A DNA stretch of 64,000 nt from Bacteroidota bacterium (GTDB taxonomy: Bacteria; Bacteroidota; Bacteroidia; AKYH767-A; 2013-40CM-41-45). The stretch is from assembly GCA_003389385.1 (NCBI GenBank), contig QQVM01000021.1:7299-71298 (forward strand). Reading direction: 5' to 3'. The notes beneath the pieces were generated by a model, which was not told where the DNA came from, ran no database searches, and saw nothing but the letters and a program-made list of their open reading frames with translations. Of the stretch, positions 30,382 through 40,378 are shown piece by piece. Made by a program: the position numbers and the translations under genes. Position 1 is the first letter of the stretch, and every line of letters starts with the position of its first letter.

Positions 30382-31002
30382 TTGGAAATCTCAATTCACA
30401 ATGCCGCTAAAAGATATCTGCATGACTGGATTTTCAGGAATCTCAGTCTGCACGTTGGGCATGGCGAACGCATTGTGGTTTTGGGTCCGAACGGATCCGG
30501 AAAATCAACATTGCTGCAGGTTATTTCAGGACAGTTGACTCTTACCGAAGGAGAAATTCAGTATACATGCAGCAGTGGTAAGATTGCTGTTGATTCGGTT
30601 TTCAGAAAGCTGTCTTATTCAGCTCCTTATCTGGAACTGATTGAGGAATTCAGTCTGATTGAATGCATTGAATTTCATTGCAAGTTTAAAGTCATGGTGA
30701 ACGGGTTCAGTCCGGAAGATGTATTAAAGATTTCCGGATTGGAAAAGAGCCGTGATAAGGTTCTCAGAAATTTCTCATCCGGAATGAAGCAGCGCCTCAA
30801 ACTCACGCTCGCAATACTCTCAGATGTGGAACTTTTGCTTCTGGATGAGCCTTGCTCAAATCTTGACAGCGATGCCATAGCATGGTACCATGGCATGATA
30901 AATAAGTTTGCCTCGAACAGGAATATTGTAGTATGCAGCAATAATCTGGAGTATGAATACAGTTATTGTTCAAGGAGTCTAAACATCCTACAATGGAAAT
31001 GA
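30382..31002 (+). CDS. ABC transporter ATP-binding protein (stand-alone)
   Basis: GPNGSGKS, FSSGMKQR, LLLDEP; TTG start. Confidence 0.85.
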   Translation: MEISIHNAAKRYLHDWIFRNLSLHVGHGERIVVLGPNGSGKSTLLQVISGQLTLTEGEIQYTCSSGKIAVDSVFRKLSYSAPYLELIEEFSLIECIEFHCKFKVMVNGFSPEDVLKISGLEKSRDKVLRNFSSGMKQRLKLTLAILSDVELLLLDEPCSNLDSDAIAWYHGMINKFASNRNIVVCSNNLEYEYSYCSRSLNILQWK

Positions 31003-31451
31003 TATTAGATGCAGAAATTACGAATATGCTTACACAAGAAACACAGGCAGCTAAGCCTGAAGACATGCATTCAGTCGCAGATCAGCTTTTGGAATTTGCC
31101 GGTCAATTAAAAATTTTTGCTTTCAAGGGAGAGATGGGGGCAGGCAAGACCACTCTGATTAAAGCGATTTGCAGTAAACTGGGAGTAAGTCAGGGTATGA
31201 GCAGTCCAACTTTTTCAATTGTAAACGAATATCATTCAAACAAGGGGGAGAGTTTGTTTCATTTTGACTTTTATCGCCTGAAAACTGAGCAGGAAGCGGT
31301 TGACATTGGTGTTGAAGAATATTTTGCAAGTGGCAGCTACTGCTTCATTGAATGGCCGGAAAATATATTAAATTTATTGCCAGATAACAGGGTTGATATC
31401 ATCATCAGTATATCTGAAGATAAACGATTGATTACTTTTTCACATGACTGA
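30999..31451 (+). CDS. tsaE: tRNA threonylcarbamoyladenosine biosynthesis ATPase TsaE
   Basis: GEMGAGKTT, SSPTFSIVNEY, HFDFYRL, IEWPE; ATGA overlap with the upstream stop, start uncertain. Confidence 0.93.
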   Translation: MILDAEITNMLTQETQAAKPEDMHSVADQLLEFAGQLKIFAFKGEMGAGKTTLIKAICSKLGVSQGMSSPTFSIVNEYHSNKGESLFHFDFYRLKTEQEAVDIGVEEYFASGSYCFIEWPENILNLLPDNRVDIIISISEDKRLITFSHD

Positions 31452-32673
31452 ACAAATGCACAAAGGCATTTCGGCATTGGCAGCATCTGCAGTTTTGCAG
31501 CCTATGGAAGCAATGCTTGAAGTCAAAAAGCAAAAAAGACAGCTAGTAATTGGCATCCCCAAGGAAACTTCTTTTCAGGAGAACAGAATTCCACTTATCC
31601 CAGAATCAATTGCTTTGTTGGCTGCCAATGGGCATGAAATCATTGTAGAGGCTGGCGCTGGAGCAGCTTCTAATTTTCAGGATTCAGATTACAGTGAGGC
31701 TGGAGGAAGGATTGTTTACAGTCCTGAAGAGGTTTATAAATCAGAAATTGTAATCAAAGTCGCACCTCCCTCAATTGCAGAGCTGGATCTGATCCAACCA
31801 AAGCAGAATCTCATGTCCATATTGCAAATGAACATGCAGAATCCAGAATACATTCGGATGCTTTCAAAAAAGAAAGTGACCGCCATTGGCTATGAATTTA
31901 TTCATGAACGTACCGGAGTGTATCCGATCATTCAGGCCATGAGCGAAATAGTGGGCAGCACATGCATTTTAATTGCCGCAGAATACCTCAGCAATGCATT
32001 CAACGGAAAGGGTGAATTGCTTGGAGGTGTGTCCGGAATACCTCCGACCGAGGTGGTGATTATCGGTGCTGGTACCGTTGGCGAATACGCTACTCGTGTG
32101 GCAATTGGTCTTGGAGCGAATGTCAAAGTGTTTGATAATTCTATTTACCGCTTGAGACGTCTTCAGAACAGATTAGGCAGAAGAATTTATACCTCCACAA
32201 TTGTTCCGAGCATACTTCTGAAAGAACTGAAGAATGCTGACGTGGCAATAGGTGCCCTTAGAAGCGACGAAGGCAGAACTCCGGTTGTTGTAACGGAGGA
32301 AATGGTCAGCGAAATGAGAGTGGGGTCCGTGATTGTTGACGTGAGCATAGATCAGGGTGGTTGCTTTGAAACTTCCGAAATCACCAACCATTCTCAACCT
32401 GTATTTCGAAAGTACGGAGTGGTTCACTATTGTGTTCCGAATATCGCATCCAGAGTGAGCAGAACAGCCAGCACAGCTTTGAGCAATATATTCACGCCCA
32501 TTCTGCTTGAAGCAGGTGAAGCGGGAGGATTCGATGAAATGCTTTGGAAAAACAAAGCAGTTTGCAACGGAGTTTATATGTTTCGCGGAGCAATAACAAA
32601 CCGTTATATAGCTGATTTTTGCAAACTTCCATTTAAGGATTTGGAACTGCTTATAGCGGCCACAAAAATCTGA
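31444..32673 (+). CDS. ald: Alanine dehydrogenase family protein
   Basis: IGIPKE, ENRIP, GAGTVG Rossmann motif, VDVSIDQGGCFETS, HYCVPN. Confidence 0.85.
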   Translation: MTEQMHKGISALAASAVLQPMEAMLEVKKQKRQLVIGIPKETSFQENRIPLIPESIALLAANGHEIIVEAGAGAASNFQDSDYSEAGGRIVYSPEEVYKSEIVIKVAPPSIAELDLIQPKQNLMSILQMNMQNPEYIRMLSKKKVTAIGYEFIHERTGVYPIIQAMSEIVGSTCILIAAEYLSNAFNGKGELLGGVSGIPPTEVVIIGAGTVGEYATRVAIGLGANVKVFDNSIYRLRRLQNRLGRRIYTSTIVPSILLKELKNADVAIGALRSDEGRTPVVVTEEMVSEMRVGSVIVDVSIDQGGCFETSEITNHSQPVFRKYGVVHYCVPNIASRVSRTASTALSNIFTPILLEAGEAGGFDEMLWKNKAVCNGVYMFRGAITNRYIADFCKLPFKDLELLIAATKI

Positions 32674-32693
32674 ATCAGTTTTTTTAAAATAAT

Positions 32694-33884
32694 TCAGGTA
32701 TTGCTTCTTTCAGCTTGCCTTCTATTTATTTCTTGTGTTATCAGTGTAAGTTCCCTGCTGGTTTGGCCGGAGATCGAAGTGTTTTCCTGCGCACGCCTTA
32801 TCAAATAGGGAAGTACTGAAGCAACAGGACCATAAGGAACATACTTACTTACATTATATCCCGCTGCAGCCAGATTAAAACTTATATGATCACTCATGCC
32901 CAGCAGTTGTGAGAACCAGATATTCGGATGATTATTAGGTAAGTCCTGTTCCTTCATTTGCTCTGTGAGCCTGAGGCAACTCGCCTCATTGTGAGTTCCT
33001 GCACAAATAGAAATTATATCAAGGTTTTGCATGCAAAGTTCAAGAGCTGAATTATAGTCACGGTCGGTGGAAGGCTTATCCTTTTGAATCGGAGAGGGGT
33101 AGCCCATTTTTAATGCTCTCTCACGTTCTTTTTCCATATAAGCACCTCTGACCAGTTTGAATCCTGCTTTGTATGATTTGTTTCTGGCATGAGCTATTGC
33201 AGATTTCAGATATGCAAGCCTGTCATGACGGTATAGCTGAATGGTATTGTAAATGATAACTTTTTCCCTGTTATACTTTGCCATCATTTCGACAGCCAGT
33301 TCATCAATAATGTCCTGAATCCAGGAATCCTCTGCATCAATGAAAATTGGTACATTGTTCTTGTATCCGGCTTCACATATGCGTTTCACTCGTTCACTGA
33401 AACGGTTAAATTCGCCTTGTTCATCTTCAGTCAGTCTTTGCTTGCTGTTACTTTTTTCAAGAATATACATTCTTCCGAAACCGCTCGGCTTAAAAACTGA
33501 AAAGGGAATTGATGAGTCACCTTTGGCGCGCTCCACAGTTGCAAGAGTTTGTGCAAGCGCATTATCAAAGTCCTTTTCTGATTCTCTGCCTTCTACAGAA
33601 TAGTCCAGAATAGTTCCTATGCCAAAGGAACTTAGCGTTTGAATTGTATTCTGGCAATCATCAATTGATTCTCCTCCGCAAAAATGTCGGAATACTGTTT
33701 GCCTTATCAGGCCTTTTATAGGCAGTCTTAACTTCAGTGCAAGATTGACAATGGGCGGACTGATTTTTACAAGCCAGTTGTATGAGATCATTCTGAAAAG
33801 CCAATAAGCTCTTTTGAGATCAGAATCTGACTTGGATGAAAAGGCAGTTTTTGTATCGTCGAATGAGAGAAAAGAATTCTTCAT
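32694..33884 (-). CDS. Proline dehydrogenase (monofunctional)
   Basis: HFCGGE, IDAED, KLVRGAYMEKE, GTHN, QLLGMSD, KYVPYG, YLIRRAQEN; start moved to 33884. Confidence 0.92.
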   Translation of the reverse strand: MKNSFLSFDDTKTAFSSKSDSDLKRAYWLFRMISYNWLVKISPPIVNLALKLRLPIKGLIRQTVFRHFCGGESIDDCQNTIQTLSSFGIGTILDYSVEGRESEKDFDNALAQTLATVERAKGDSSIPFSVFKPSGFGRMYILEKSNSKQRLTEDEQGEFNRFSERVKRICEAGYKNNVPIFIDAEDSWIQDIIDELAVEMMAKYNREKVIIYNTIQLYRHDRLAYLKSAIAHARNKSYKAGFKLVRGAYMEKERERALKMGYPSPIQKDKPSTDRDYNSALELCMQNLDIISICAGTHNEASCLRLTEQMKEQDLPNNHPNIWFSQLLGMSDHISFNLAAAGYNVSKYVPYGPVASVLPYLIRRAQENTSISGQTSRELTLITQEINRRQAERSNT

Positions 33885-34023
33885 ATTCCGGCATACAAAC
33901 CTAAAGCATTCCTGCGAACCTTCAAAAATCATTTGTCAGTATCAAGAATGAATAAACTTAATTCCTCTGCAATTGTATAGGATACAAATCGATACTTCTT
34001 TGTAAATTTACCTCCATAGGCCT

Positions 34024-35148
34024 ATGCAAAAGAAAGTTTTAGGATATGAATTGTTGAAGGATTGGGGTTTCGGAAAATCTCACCCGTTTATAATTGCAGG
34101 TCCGTGCGGAGTGGAAAGCGAGGAGCAAATCCATGCTGTAGCCAAGTCTTTGAACAACAGCGTGGTGCATCTTTTCAGGGCTGGAATCTGGAAACCCAGA
34201 ACACGGCCTGACTCTTTTCAAGGTATCGGAACTGTGGGTCTTCAATGGCTCAAAGATGCAGGGAATGAAAATAATTTGCCTGTGGCTGTCGAAGTTGCAG
34301 GCAGTAAACATGTTGAGGAGGCATTAAAGACAGGAATAGATGTGCTTTGGATTGGTGCCAGAACCACTGTAAATCCCTTTCTGGTACAGGAAATTGCAGA
34401 TTCTTTACGTAACGTGGACATACCAGTATTTGTAAAGAATCCTGTTTCGCCGGATTTAGAACTTTGGATTGGCGCACTTGAGAGACTCGATCGCGCAGGT
34501 CTGCATAGAATAGGTGCTTTGCACAGAGGCTTTTCGACATATGATTCTTCCCCGTATCGAAATATCCCGAATTGGCAGATCCCAATTGAGCTGAAAAGAA
34601 GATTTCCTGGATTGCCTCTTCTATCAGACCCAAGTCATATTTGTGGCAACAGAAAACTCATTCCTTCGGTCTCACAAACAGCTCTAGATTTGGATTTTGA
34701 CGGGCTTATGATCGAAGTTCACCATGATCCGGATAATGCCTTGAGCGACAAGGAACAGCAATTGAACCCGGAATTGTTCATGGAAATTCTTTCCGGACTT
34801 GTGATCAGGAAACCATCGGCAGAGGATGTGATTTTTCTGAATCTTCTGGAAGAACTCAGAGACAGGATTGACAGAATCGACGAGAAAATTCTGATGATGA
34901 TCGCAGACAGGATGAAAGTAGCGAGAGAAATAGGGATGTACAAGAAGGAGAATAACATGACGATCCTGCAGGTTGAAAGATGGAACGAAATTCTAAGAAC
35001 CAGACTCAGAAGTGGTTTGAGAAAGGATCTGACACGGGAATTCGTCACCAAAATGTATGAGCTTATTCATGAAGAGTCAATATTGCATCAGACAAACGTC
35101 ATGAATACAGGTAATATGTATGAGACAAAATCAAGTAAGGATTCTTAA
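34024..35148 (+). CDS. Bifunctional DAHP synthase / chorismate mutase
   Basis: IAGPC, RAGIWKPRTRP, WIGART, DPSH; C-terminal LRDRIDRID...R chorismate mutase domain. Confidence 0.92.
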   Translation: MQKKVLGYELLKDWGFGKSHPFIIAGPCGVESEEQIHAVAKSLNNSVVHLFRAGIWKPRTRPDSFQGIGTVGLQWLKDAGNENNLPVAVEVAGSKHVEEALKTGIDVLWIGARTTVNPFLVQEIADSLRNVDIPVFVKNPVSPDLELWIGALERLDRAGLHRIGALHRGFSTYDSSPYRNIPNWQIPIELKRRFPGLPLLSDPSHICGNRKLIPSVSQTALDLDFDGLMIEVHHDPDNALSDKEQQLNPELFMEILSGLVIRKPSAEDVIFLNLLEELRDRIDRIDEKILMMIADRMKVAREIGMYKKENNMTILQVERWNEILRTRLRSGLRKDLTREFVTKMYELIHEESILHQTNVMNTGNMYETKSSKDS

Positions 35149-36242
35149 TGTCAGAGATATCAAAATTAGACGCATATAATATTTATACCGGAGACGATTC
35201 GTTAAAGCATCTGGATCGTCTGGTTGAGGAGAAGTATAAAAATTCAAAACTATTCATACTTGTTGATGAAAATACACGTGTATTTTGCCTGTCTGAACTC
35301 ATTCGCTTATCTGAAAATCTGAATGACTCAGTGATTCTTGAATTTAGCCCGGGTGACAGCAATAAATCCCTCAGATCATGCAGCGATTTATGGAAACGTC
35401 TCAGTGATAACCATGCAGACAGAAACAGTCTTCTGATAAATCTCGGTGGAGGAGTGGTAACTGATTTGGGTGGATTTGTCGCTTCTGTTTTCATGAGGGG
35501 AATCGATTACCTGAATATACCAACTTCTCTACTCGGAATGGTGGATTCTGCACTCGGAGGAAAAACCGGGATCAACTATTACGGTTATAAGAATATGATT
35601 GGAACTTTTTCCAATCCCGTTGCTGTGTTCATCAATCCTGTTTTTCTTAAGACACTTCCTGAAAGGGAGCTTAAGTCAGGTTTTGCGGAAATTATCAAAC
35701 ACGCACTTATCCAGAATAAAAGTTTTTGGTCCGATCTCCATGAGGTAAAGGACCTGTCTCAGACTGATTTCAATAAATTGATCAGTAAGTCAGTAAAAAT
35801 AAAATCACATTTTGTTGAAGAGGATTTTCTGGACAGAGGTAGCCGGAGAGCTTTGAACTTCGGTCATACTGTCGGTCATGCTCTGGAATCTTATTCGATT
35901 CTCAACCACGAAGAGCCTGTCAGGCATGGTGAAGCCGTGGCCATCGGAATGCTTGCAGAATCATATATTTCCACTTTTCATTCGGGCCTCCCTTCTGAGC
36001 AATTTTCAGAAATACAGAAGATGATCATAAGTCATTTTAAATACCTGCAATTAGAAGCAAGTGTGGATAAAGTGATGTCAATCATCAGCGCAGATAAGAA
36101 AAATGAAAACTCGTCTCACAATTTTTCACTGCTCACCGAAATTGGTGCAGTCGTCATCAATCAGCAGCCTCCTGAGAACCTGATTTTGGAATCTGTCGAC
36201 TTTGCGCTTAGCTTATTCCGTCAGGCTCATTCGATAAAATGA
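35148..36242 (+). CDS. aroB: 3-dehydroquinate synthase
   Basis: LGGGVVTDLGGF, PTSLLGMVDSALGGKTG, LNFGHT, HGEAVA. Confidence 0.95.
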   Translation: MSEISKLDAYNIYTGDDSLKHLDRLVEEKYKNSKLFILVDENTRVFCLSELIRLSENLNDSVILEFSPGDSNKSLRSCSDLWKRLSDNHADRNSLLINLGGGVVTDLGGFVASVFMRGIDYLNIPTSLLGMVDSALGGKTGINYYGYKNMIGTFSNPVAVFINPVFLKTLPERELKSGFAEIIKHALIQNKSFWSDLHEVKDLSQTDFNKLISKSVKIKSHFVEEDFLDRGSRRALNFGHTVGHALESYSILNHEEPVRHGEAVAIGMLAESYISTFHSGLPSEQFSEIQKMIISHFKYLQLEASVDKVMSIISADKKNENSSHNFSLLTEIGAVVINQQPPENLILESVDFALSLFRQAHSIK

Positions 36243-37477
36243 AAGTTAGAATCATTCCGCCAGTCAGAACATGCTCTGCAAAGTTGAAGCTAGCCTCATC
36301 AAAAAGCATTTCGAACAGAATTTTGATAATGCATGCCTTAGCGAATAGCTCTTCATCTATAATCAATCTCTCAAATTCCTCTGATACTTTCATATTGCAA
36401 GAAAATTTGCGGATTAATACAAATAGGGTGATTGACTGCCAGGATGCCGGAACAGTTTTCAGATTTCTCACAGCATATTATTCGGTTCATGAAGGTGAAT
36501 ACATTTTAAAGGGAACTGAAAGGATGAACCAAAGACCAATTGGTCCACTGGTAGAAGCGCTTCGCTCAATGGGCGCTGCGATTGAGTATATACAGACTGA
36601 AGGTTTTCCTCCCATCAGGATAAAAGGAGGTTCACTCAGTTGTAAAGAGGTTTCGGTGGATGCTTCTGTGAGTTCACAATTCGTTTCAGCTTTGATGATG
36701 ATCGGCCCAATGTTTCCAGAGGGTTTGATAATAAACTTGAAGAGTGATCAGGCATCTGCATCGTATGTCCAAATGACGTCAGCTTTGATGCAAAGAAATG
36801 GTGCAACTGTGAAAATTGAGGGGTCTAAAATATTTATCAATAAGGGCAGCTACAAAATGAAAAATCTGACGGTGGAGCAGGACTGGAGTTCTGCATCTTT
36901 TGTTTATGAACTAGTTGCCTTATCACCAGGTTCAGAACTAATTATTAAAGGACTTTCTGAAGATAGCATTCAGGGTGATGCTGTTTTAAAAAATTGGATG
37001 AAGTCATTTGGGGTGAGTACAGGTTTTACTGATCACCATGCAAGTATTCGTAGCTCCTCTTTAGTAGAATTGACAGAAACTCTGAGATTCGATTGCAAAT
37101 CAAATCCAGATCTGGTGCCTGCGCTTGTATGCACAGCTGCCGGAATGAAATTGAAAATTGAATTGTCCGGAGTTAGAAATTTGCGAATCAAGGAAAGTGA
37201 CCGCATTCAGGCATTGAAGACTGAATTGATGAAATTCAGTGTGAAAGTAGAATATAATGAAGATGAGGATGTGCTGTTTGTGGATGGTAAAGGATTAAAG
37301 CCTCCTGTATCAGAGCTAGATTCATGGAATGACCATAGGATTGCGATGGCGCTTGCTCCGCTTTCAATTGTATGCGGAAGCATTTCCATTAATAATCCTT
37401 TAGTTACTGCGAAGTCTTATCCAGAATTCTGGTCTGATATGGAAAGCTGCGGATTCAATCTGGAGTTTAAAAATTAG
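36239..37477 (+). CDS. aroA: 3-phosphoshikimate 1-carboxyvinyltransferase (EPSP synthase)
   Basis: SKSISNR, AGTVFRF, SSQFVSAL, KESDRI, DHRIAMA, KSYPEFW. Confidence 0.93.
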   Translation: MKVRIIPPVRTCSAKLKLASSKSISNRILIMHALANSSSSIINLSNSSDTFILQENLRINTNRVIDCQDAGTVFRFLTAYYSVHEGEYILKGTERMNQRPIGPLVEALRSMGAAIEYIQTEGFPPIRIKGGSLSCKEVSVDASVSSQFVSALMMIGPMFPEGLIINLKSDQASASYVQMTSALMQRNGATVKIEGSKIFINKGSYKMKNLTVEQDWSSASFVYELVALSPGSELIIKGLSEDSIQGDAVLKNWMKSFGVSTGFTDHHASIRSSSLVELTETLRFDCKSNPDLVPALVCTAAGMKLKIELSGVRNLRIKESDRIQALKTELMKFSVKVEYNEDEDVLFVDGKGLKPPVSELDSWNDHRIAMALAPLSIVCGSISINNPLVTAKSYPEFWSDMESCGFNLEFKN

Positions 37478-39507
37478 AATTGTAACCTGAGCTGGAATTT
37501 AATTTCTTTTTTATTGATGATATTGGGTTCTATCTGGTATCCATTAGTGTCAATCATTTTGTTGTTAACGGAATACTTAGTCCAGAAATCAAGTGATCTG
37601 TTGATTTTATATCTGAACAGAATATAAATTTTACTGCCAAATCCATAATGTGCCGGAATGCTGTAATTATACAACACATCATTCTCGTAGGTGTAAATTC
37701 TGCTGTCATAATCGTCGGTGCCGTAAATCAGATATCGAATTGCAGCTGAAGTTTTGGAATTCATAGGATGATAAAAAAGATCGATAAAGGATAACATCCC
37801 TGATGATTTATCTGATGGTTGCACTGTTCGCTCTTTCCATTCTGTACGAAAGCCCATTTCCCAGGTTTTATTCAACTCATATCTGATATTCCATCTTATC
37901 GAATTTTCTTTTGTTGCCAGCAGATAAGGCATATTAGGATCAAATGAATTCATATCCGATTCTCGAATTCTTTTTTTAAATCGCAGATAGGATTCAAAAT
38001 GTCTTCGGGGTTTCCAAGTTATCTGAAAAAGCAGGTCATTTCCTCCGGAAGGCCTGCTGGTTTGATATTTGAGCCAGTGGTGTCTGAAGTTATCCCAGGA
38101 CAAACTGAATTTCAGTATTCTTACCGGACTGAATTCAATCGCGGAATAAAATCCTTCTTCATTTTTTGTTTTGCCATATTCCGAGAAACCTGCTGAGGCT
38201 ATTGTCTGGTAGTTTGAATTATAATTCCTGTAAATAAAGGAATATGCAGTTTGCTTGTTAAGAGTGATGATGGAGCCGTATAGGGCAGCAATTCCTCCGG
38301 GATTGGACATAGACAATTCAGAGAACATATTGATGTTTTTAAAAAGGAAGCTTGCATGCAGACTTGTAAGAATTAATTGCTTTCCATTAAAGTTGTGCAA
38401 AGCATATTGTTCTATTCCTTTCTTTACATTCAAATTGTATTCATTGAATTGCATCATGCAACCATATGATAGCAGGCCTTTTTTTCTTTCTGCAGATATA
38501 CCTGCAGATATTATTTTGGCATTATTGCGAAGAAGTTCTTCCTTATCATTTCTGTGATATCCGTCATAGACAAAGGATTTGATCAGTCTTTCACCGTTTT
38601 CATTTGTAAGCCTTGCATCAATCTGATTTGAACTGATATGAACAGTGAAGTCAGTCTGATATAATCTGACTGTACCGGCAAGCCCTCGGTAAAAATTATT
38701 TTCATCCACTGAACTATAAGGAATGATTTTTCTTGCATTCTTACGAATCATCAAAACTTCTGAACTCTTGCCGTAACTCATTCCTGACCAGGTGGCAAGA
38801 CCTTGACCAAATTGCAAAGAGTAGTCTCCAATTATTATTTCATGGATCATTCCTTTTCCTCTCACTGAGAGAAAGAATGAAGAAAAATCAGATAACCTGC
38901 CTTTTTCGAAATTCAGAACTTTTTCTCCGGGATCTTTTTCCATAGTGAAGCCAATCTTGACACGGTTTCCTGAAGTAAACCTGTATCTGCAATATAGCTT
39001 TGCCATAGAACCTGAATAATTGCCTGCAACATCGGAATCTGTATTATTGAGATCTGGAATGAATCTTGCAATAAAGGAATGTGATCCGTTTCTGATAATT
39101 GACTTGTAATCCGGTTTTTCGAAGTATTCATCTCCTCCAAAGCGGATGAATGATTTGAGTTTCCTGATCTCATCAGGATTGAATCCGTCCACCACTTGCA
39201 ACTCTTCAATACAAAGAAAATAACTGTATCTGTTTCTGTGGCGGATAATTCCGGCTGACTGTCTGGAAGAGAAGAGTCCGCTTGATAAAATTTCTTCAGA
39301 AGAAACTTTGTTAAGATCCATTGGATATTTTCTGTAATGCTCAATCAGTTCCAAGGGATATGTGTCTTCATCTGTTGTTTCTGAGTTTTCATTCATGTTT
39401 TCCAATGACTCCTCGAATCCTGAGTTTATTTTCGGATTAATTTCTGACTGCCCATGTAGTTGACTGAGTTGCCCTGTCAATAGGATTATAAGTGCAATCA
39501 GTCTCAT
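37474..39507 (-). CDS. Helix-hairpin-helix (ComEA-like) domain outer-membrane protein
   Basis: Signal peptide, PMDLN...EELQVVDGF HhH-like segment, EKDPGE, GDYSLQFGQGL, YTYENDVLY, C-terminal beta-signal QLRLQF; start at 39507 or 39531. Confidence 0.75.
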   Translation of the reverse strand: MRLIALIILLTGQLSQLHGQSEINPKINSGFEESLENMNENSETTDEDTYPLELIEHYRKYPMDLNKVSSEEILSSGLFSSRQSAGIIRHRNRYSYFLCIEELQVVDGFNPDEIRKLKSFIRFGGDEYFEKPDYKSIIRNGSHSFIARFIPDLNNTDSDVAGNYSGSMAKLYCRYRFTSGNRVKIGFTMEKDPGEKVLNFEKGRLSDFSSFFLSVRGKGMIHEIIIGDYSLQFGQGLATWSGMSYGKSSEVLMIRKNARKIIPYSSVDENNFYRGLAGTVRLYQTDFTVHISSNQIDARLTNENGERLIKSFVYDGYHRNDKEELLRNNAKIISAGISAERKKGLLSYGCMMQFNEYNLNVKKGIEQYALHNFNGKQLILTSLHASFLFKNINMFSELSMSNPGGIAALYGSIITLNKQTAYSFIYRNYNSNYQTIASAGFSEYGKTKNEEGFYSAIEFSPVRILKFSLSWDNFRHHWLKYQTSRPSGGNDLLFQITWKPRRHFESYLRFKKRIRESDMNSFDPNMPYLLATKENSIRWNIRYELNKTWEMGFRTEWKERTVQPSDKSSGMLSFIDLFYHPMNSKTSAAIRYLIYGTDDYDSRIYTYENDVLYNYSIPAHYGFGSKIYILFRYKINRSLDFWTKYSVNNKMIDTNGYQIEPNIINKKEIKFQLRLQF

Positions 39508-39514
39508 GTCCAAT

Positions 39515-40321
39515 TTATATTTGAAATGCAATTGAAAGCATGGTTCTATGGCCTGTGTTTCCGTGAAATTCTGATCCTATGTCAAGGACGATTTTTTTCC
39601 AGCTCAATGATGCTCCAAATGAACCTGTAAATGGCAGACTTGAAATTCCTGACCTTAAAGTGAATTGATTTTGATATCTGTATTCTATTCCTCCGTGAAA
39701 ACTGAATTCCTTTCCATAATATTTGTTAGTTTGAAAATACAGATGAACGTTATCAGAGCTTTCATAACTTAAAGCGCATATAATGATTTTATCGATTGGC
39801 AATCGCATTGCATTGTTCCATTTTTGTCCTCCAGGATTGGAGATGAGGAAAGCAACGCTAAGCTTGTCCAGTGGCTTTGAGTAAAGTCCTGCTTTGCCGT
39901 ACCATGCGCTGTGTCTTTCAGAAGATTCTGCTCCATAGTTCCATCGCTCATTAACCATGGATATCCCGGCATAAAACTTTTCAGCCAATTTGTTTGAGTA
40001 AGAAAATTCCATTCCGCCAAAATGAAATCGGCCCGTACCTGCACGGTATATATGCATCCCTGCGGCGCTTTTCCCTTTGCGTGTCATGGCTATGAATCTA
40101 TATTTGCCATAGTCATCGGCTAAAAAATGGCCCTCGCTTGAAATACCTGCGGCAATTCGAAGGTGCCCCGGACAAATTGATGGATTAAAAGCCCGGCTCC
40201 AAAGTTCATCGGAAACTATGCTTACTTGCCCCTTGCCGGTCAGAGAAGCAGGTACTACTCCGAATGTAAGTCGGTAGCATGCTAAGAATAAAATTAAAAT
40301 GAAGTTGCTTGTTTTCATCAA
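39515..40321 (-). CDS. Hypothetical outer-membrane beta-barrel protein
   Basis: Signal peptide, FNPS motif, GIEY...LRSG, alternating aromatic strands, C-terminal LSIAFQI. Confidence 0.6.
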   Translation of the reverse strand: MMKTSNFILILFLACYRLTFGVVPASLTGKGQVSIVSDELWSRAFNPSICPGHLRIAAGISSEGHFLADDYGKYRFIAMTRKGKSAAGMHIYRAGTGRFHFGGMEFSYSNKLAEKFYAGISMVNERWNYGAESSERHSAWYGKAGLYSKPLDKLSVAFLISNPGGQKWNNAMRLPIDKIIICALSYESSDNVHLYFQTNKYYGKEFSFHGGIEYRYQNQFTLRSGISSLPFTGSFGASLSWKKIVLDIGSEFHGNTGHRTMLSIAFQI

Positions 40322-40378
40322 GAGCTGACAAATCTAATTGCCATCCTCCGGATGAATAACCCTCTTTATGATGGGTAA

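Noticed and set aside
34024-35148. DAHP synthase with C-terminal chorismate mutase as a novelty
   Set aside because: An established architecture in Bacteroidota
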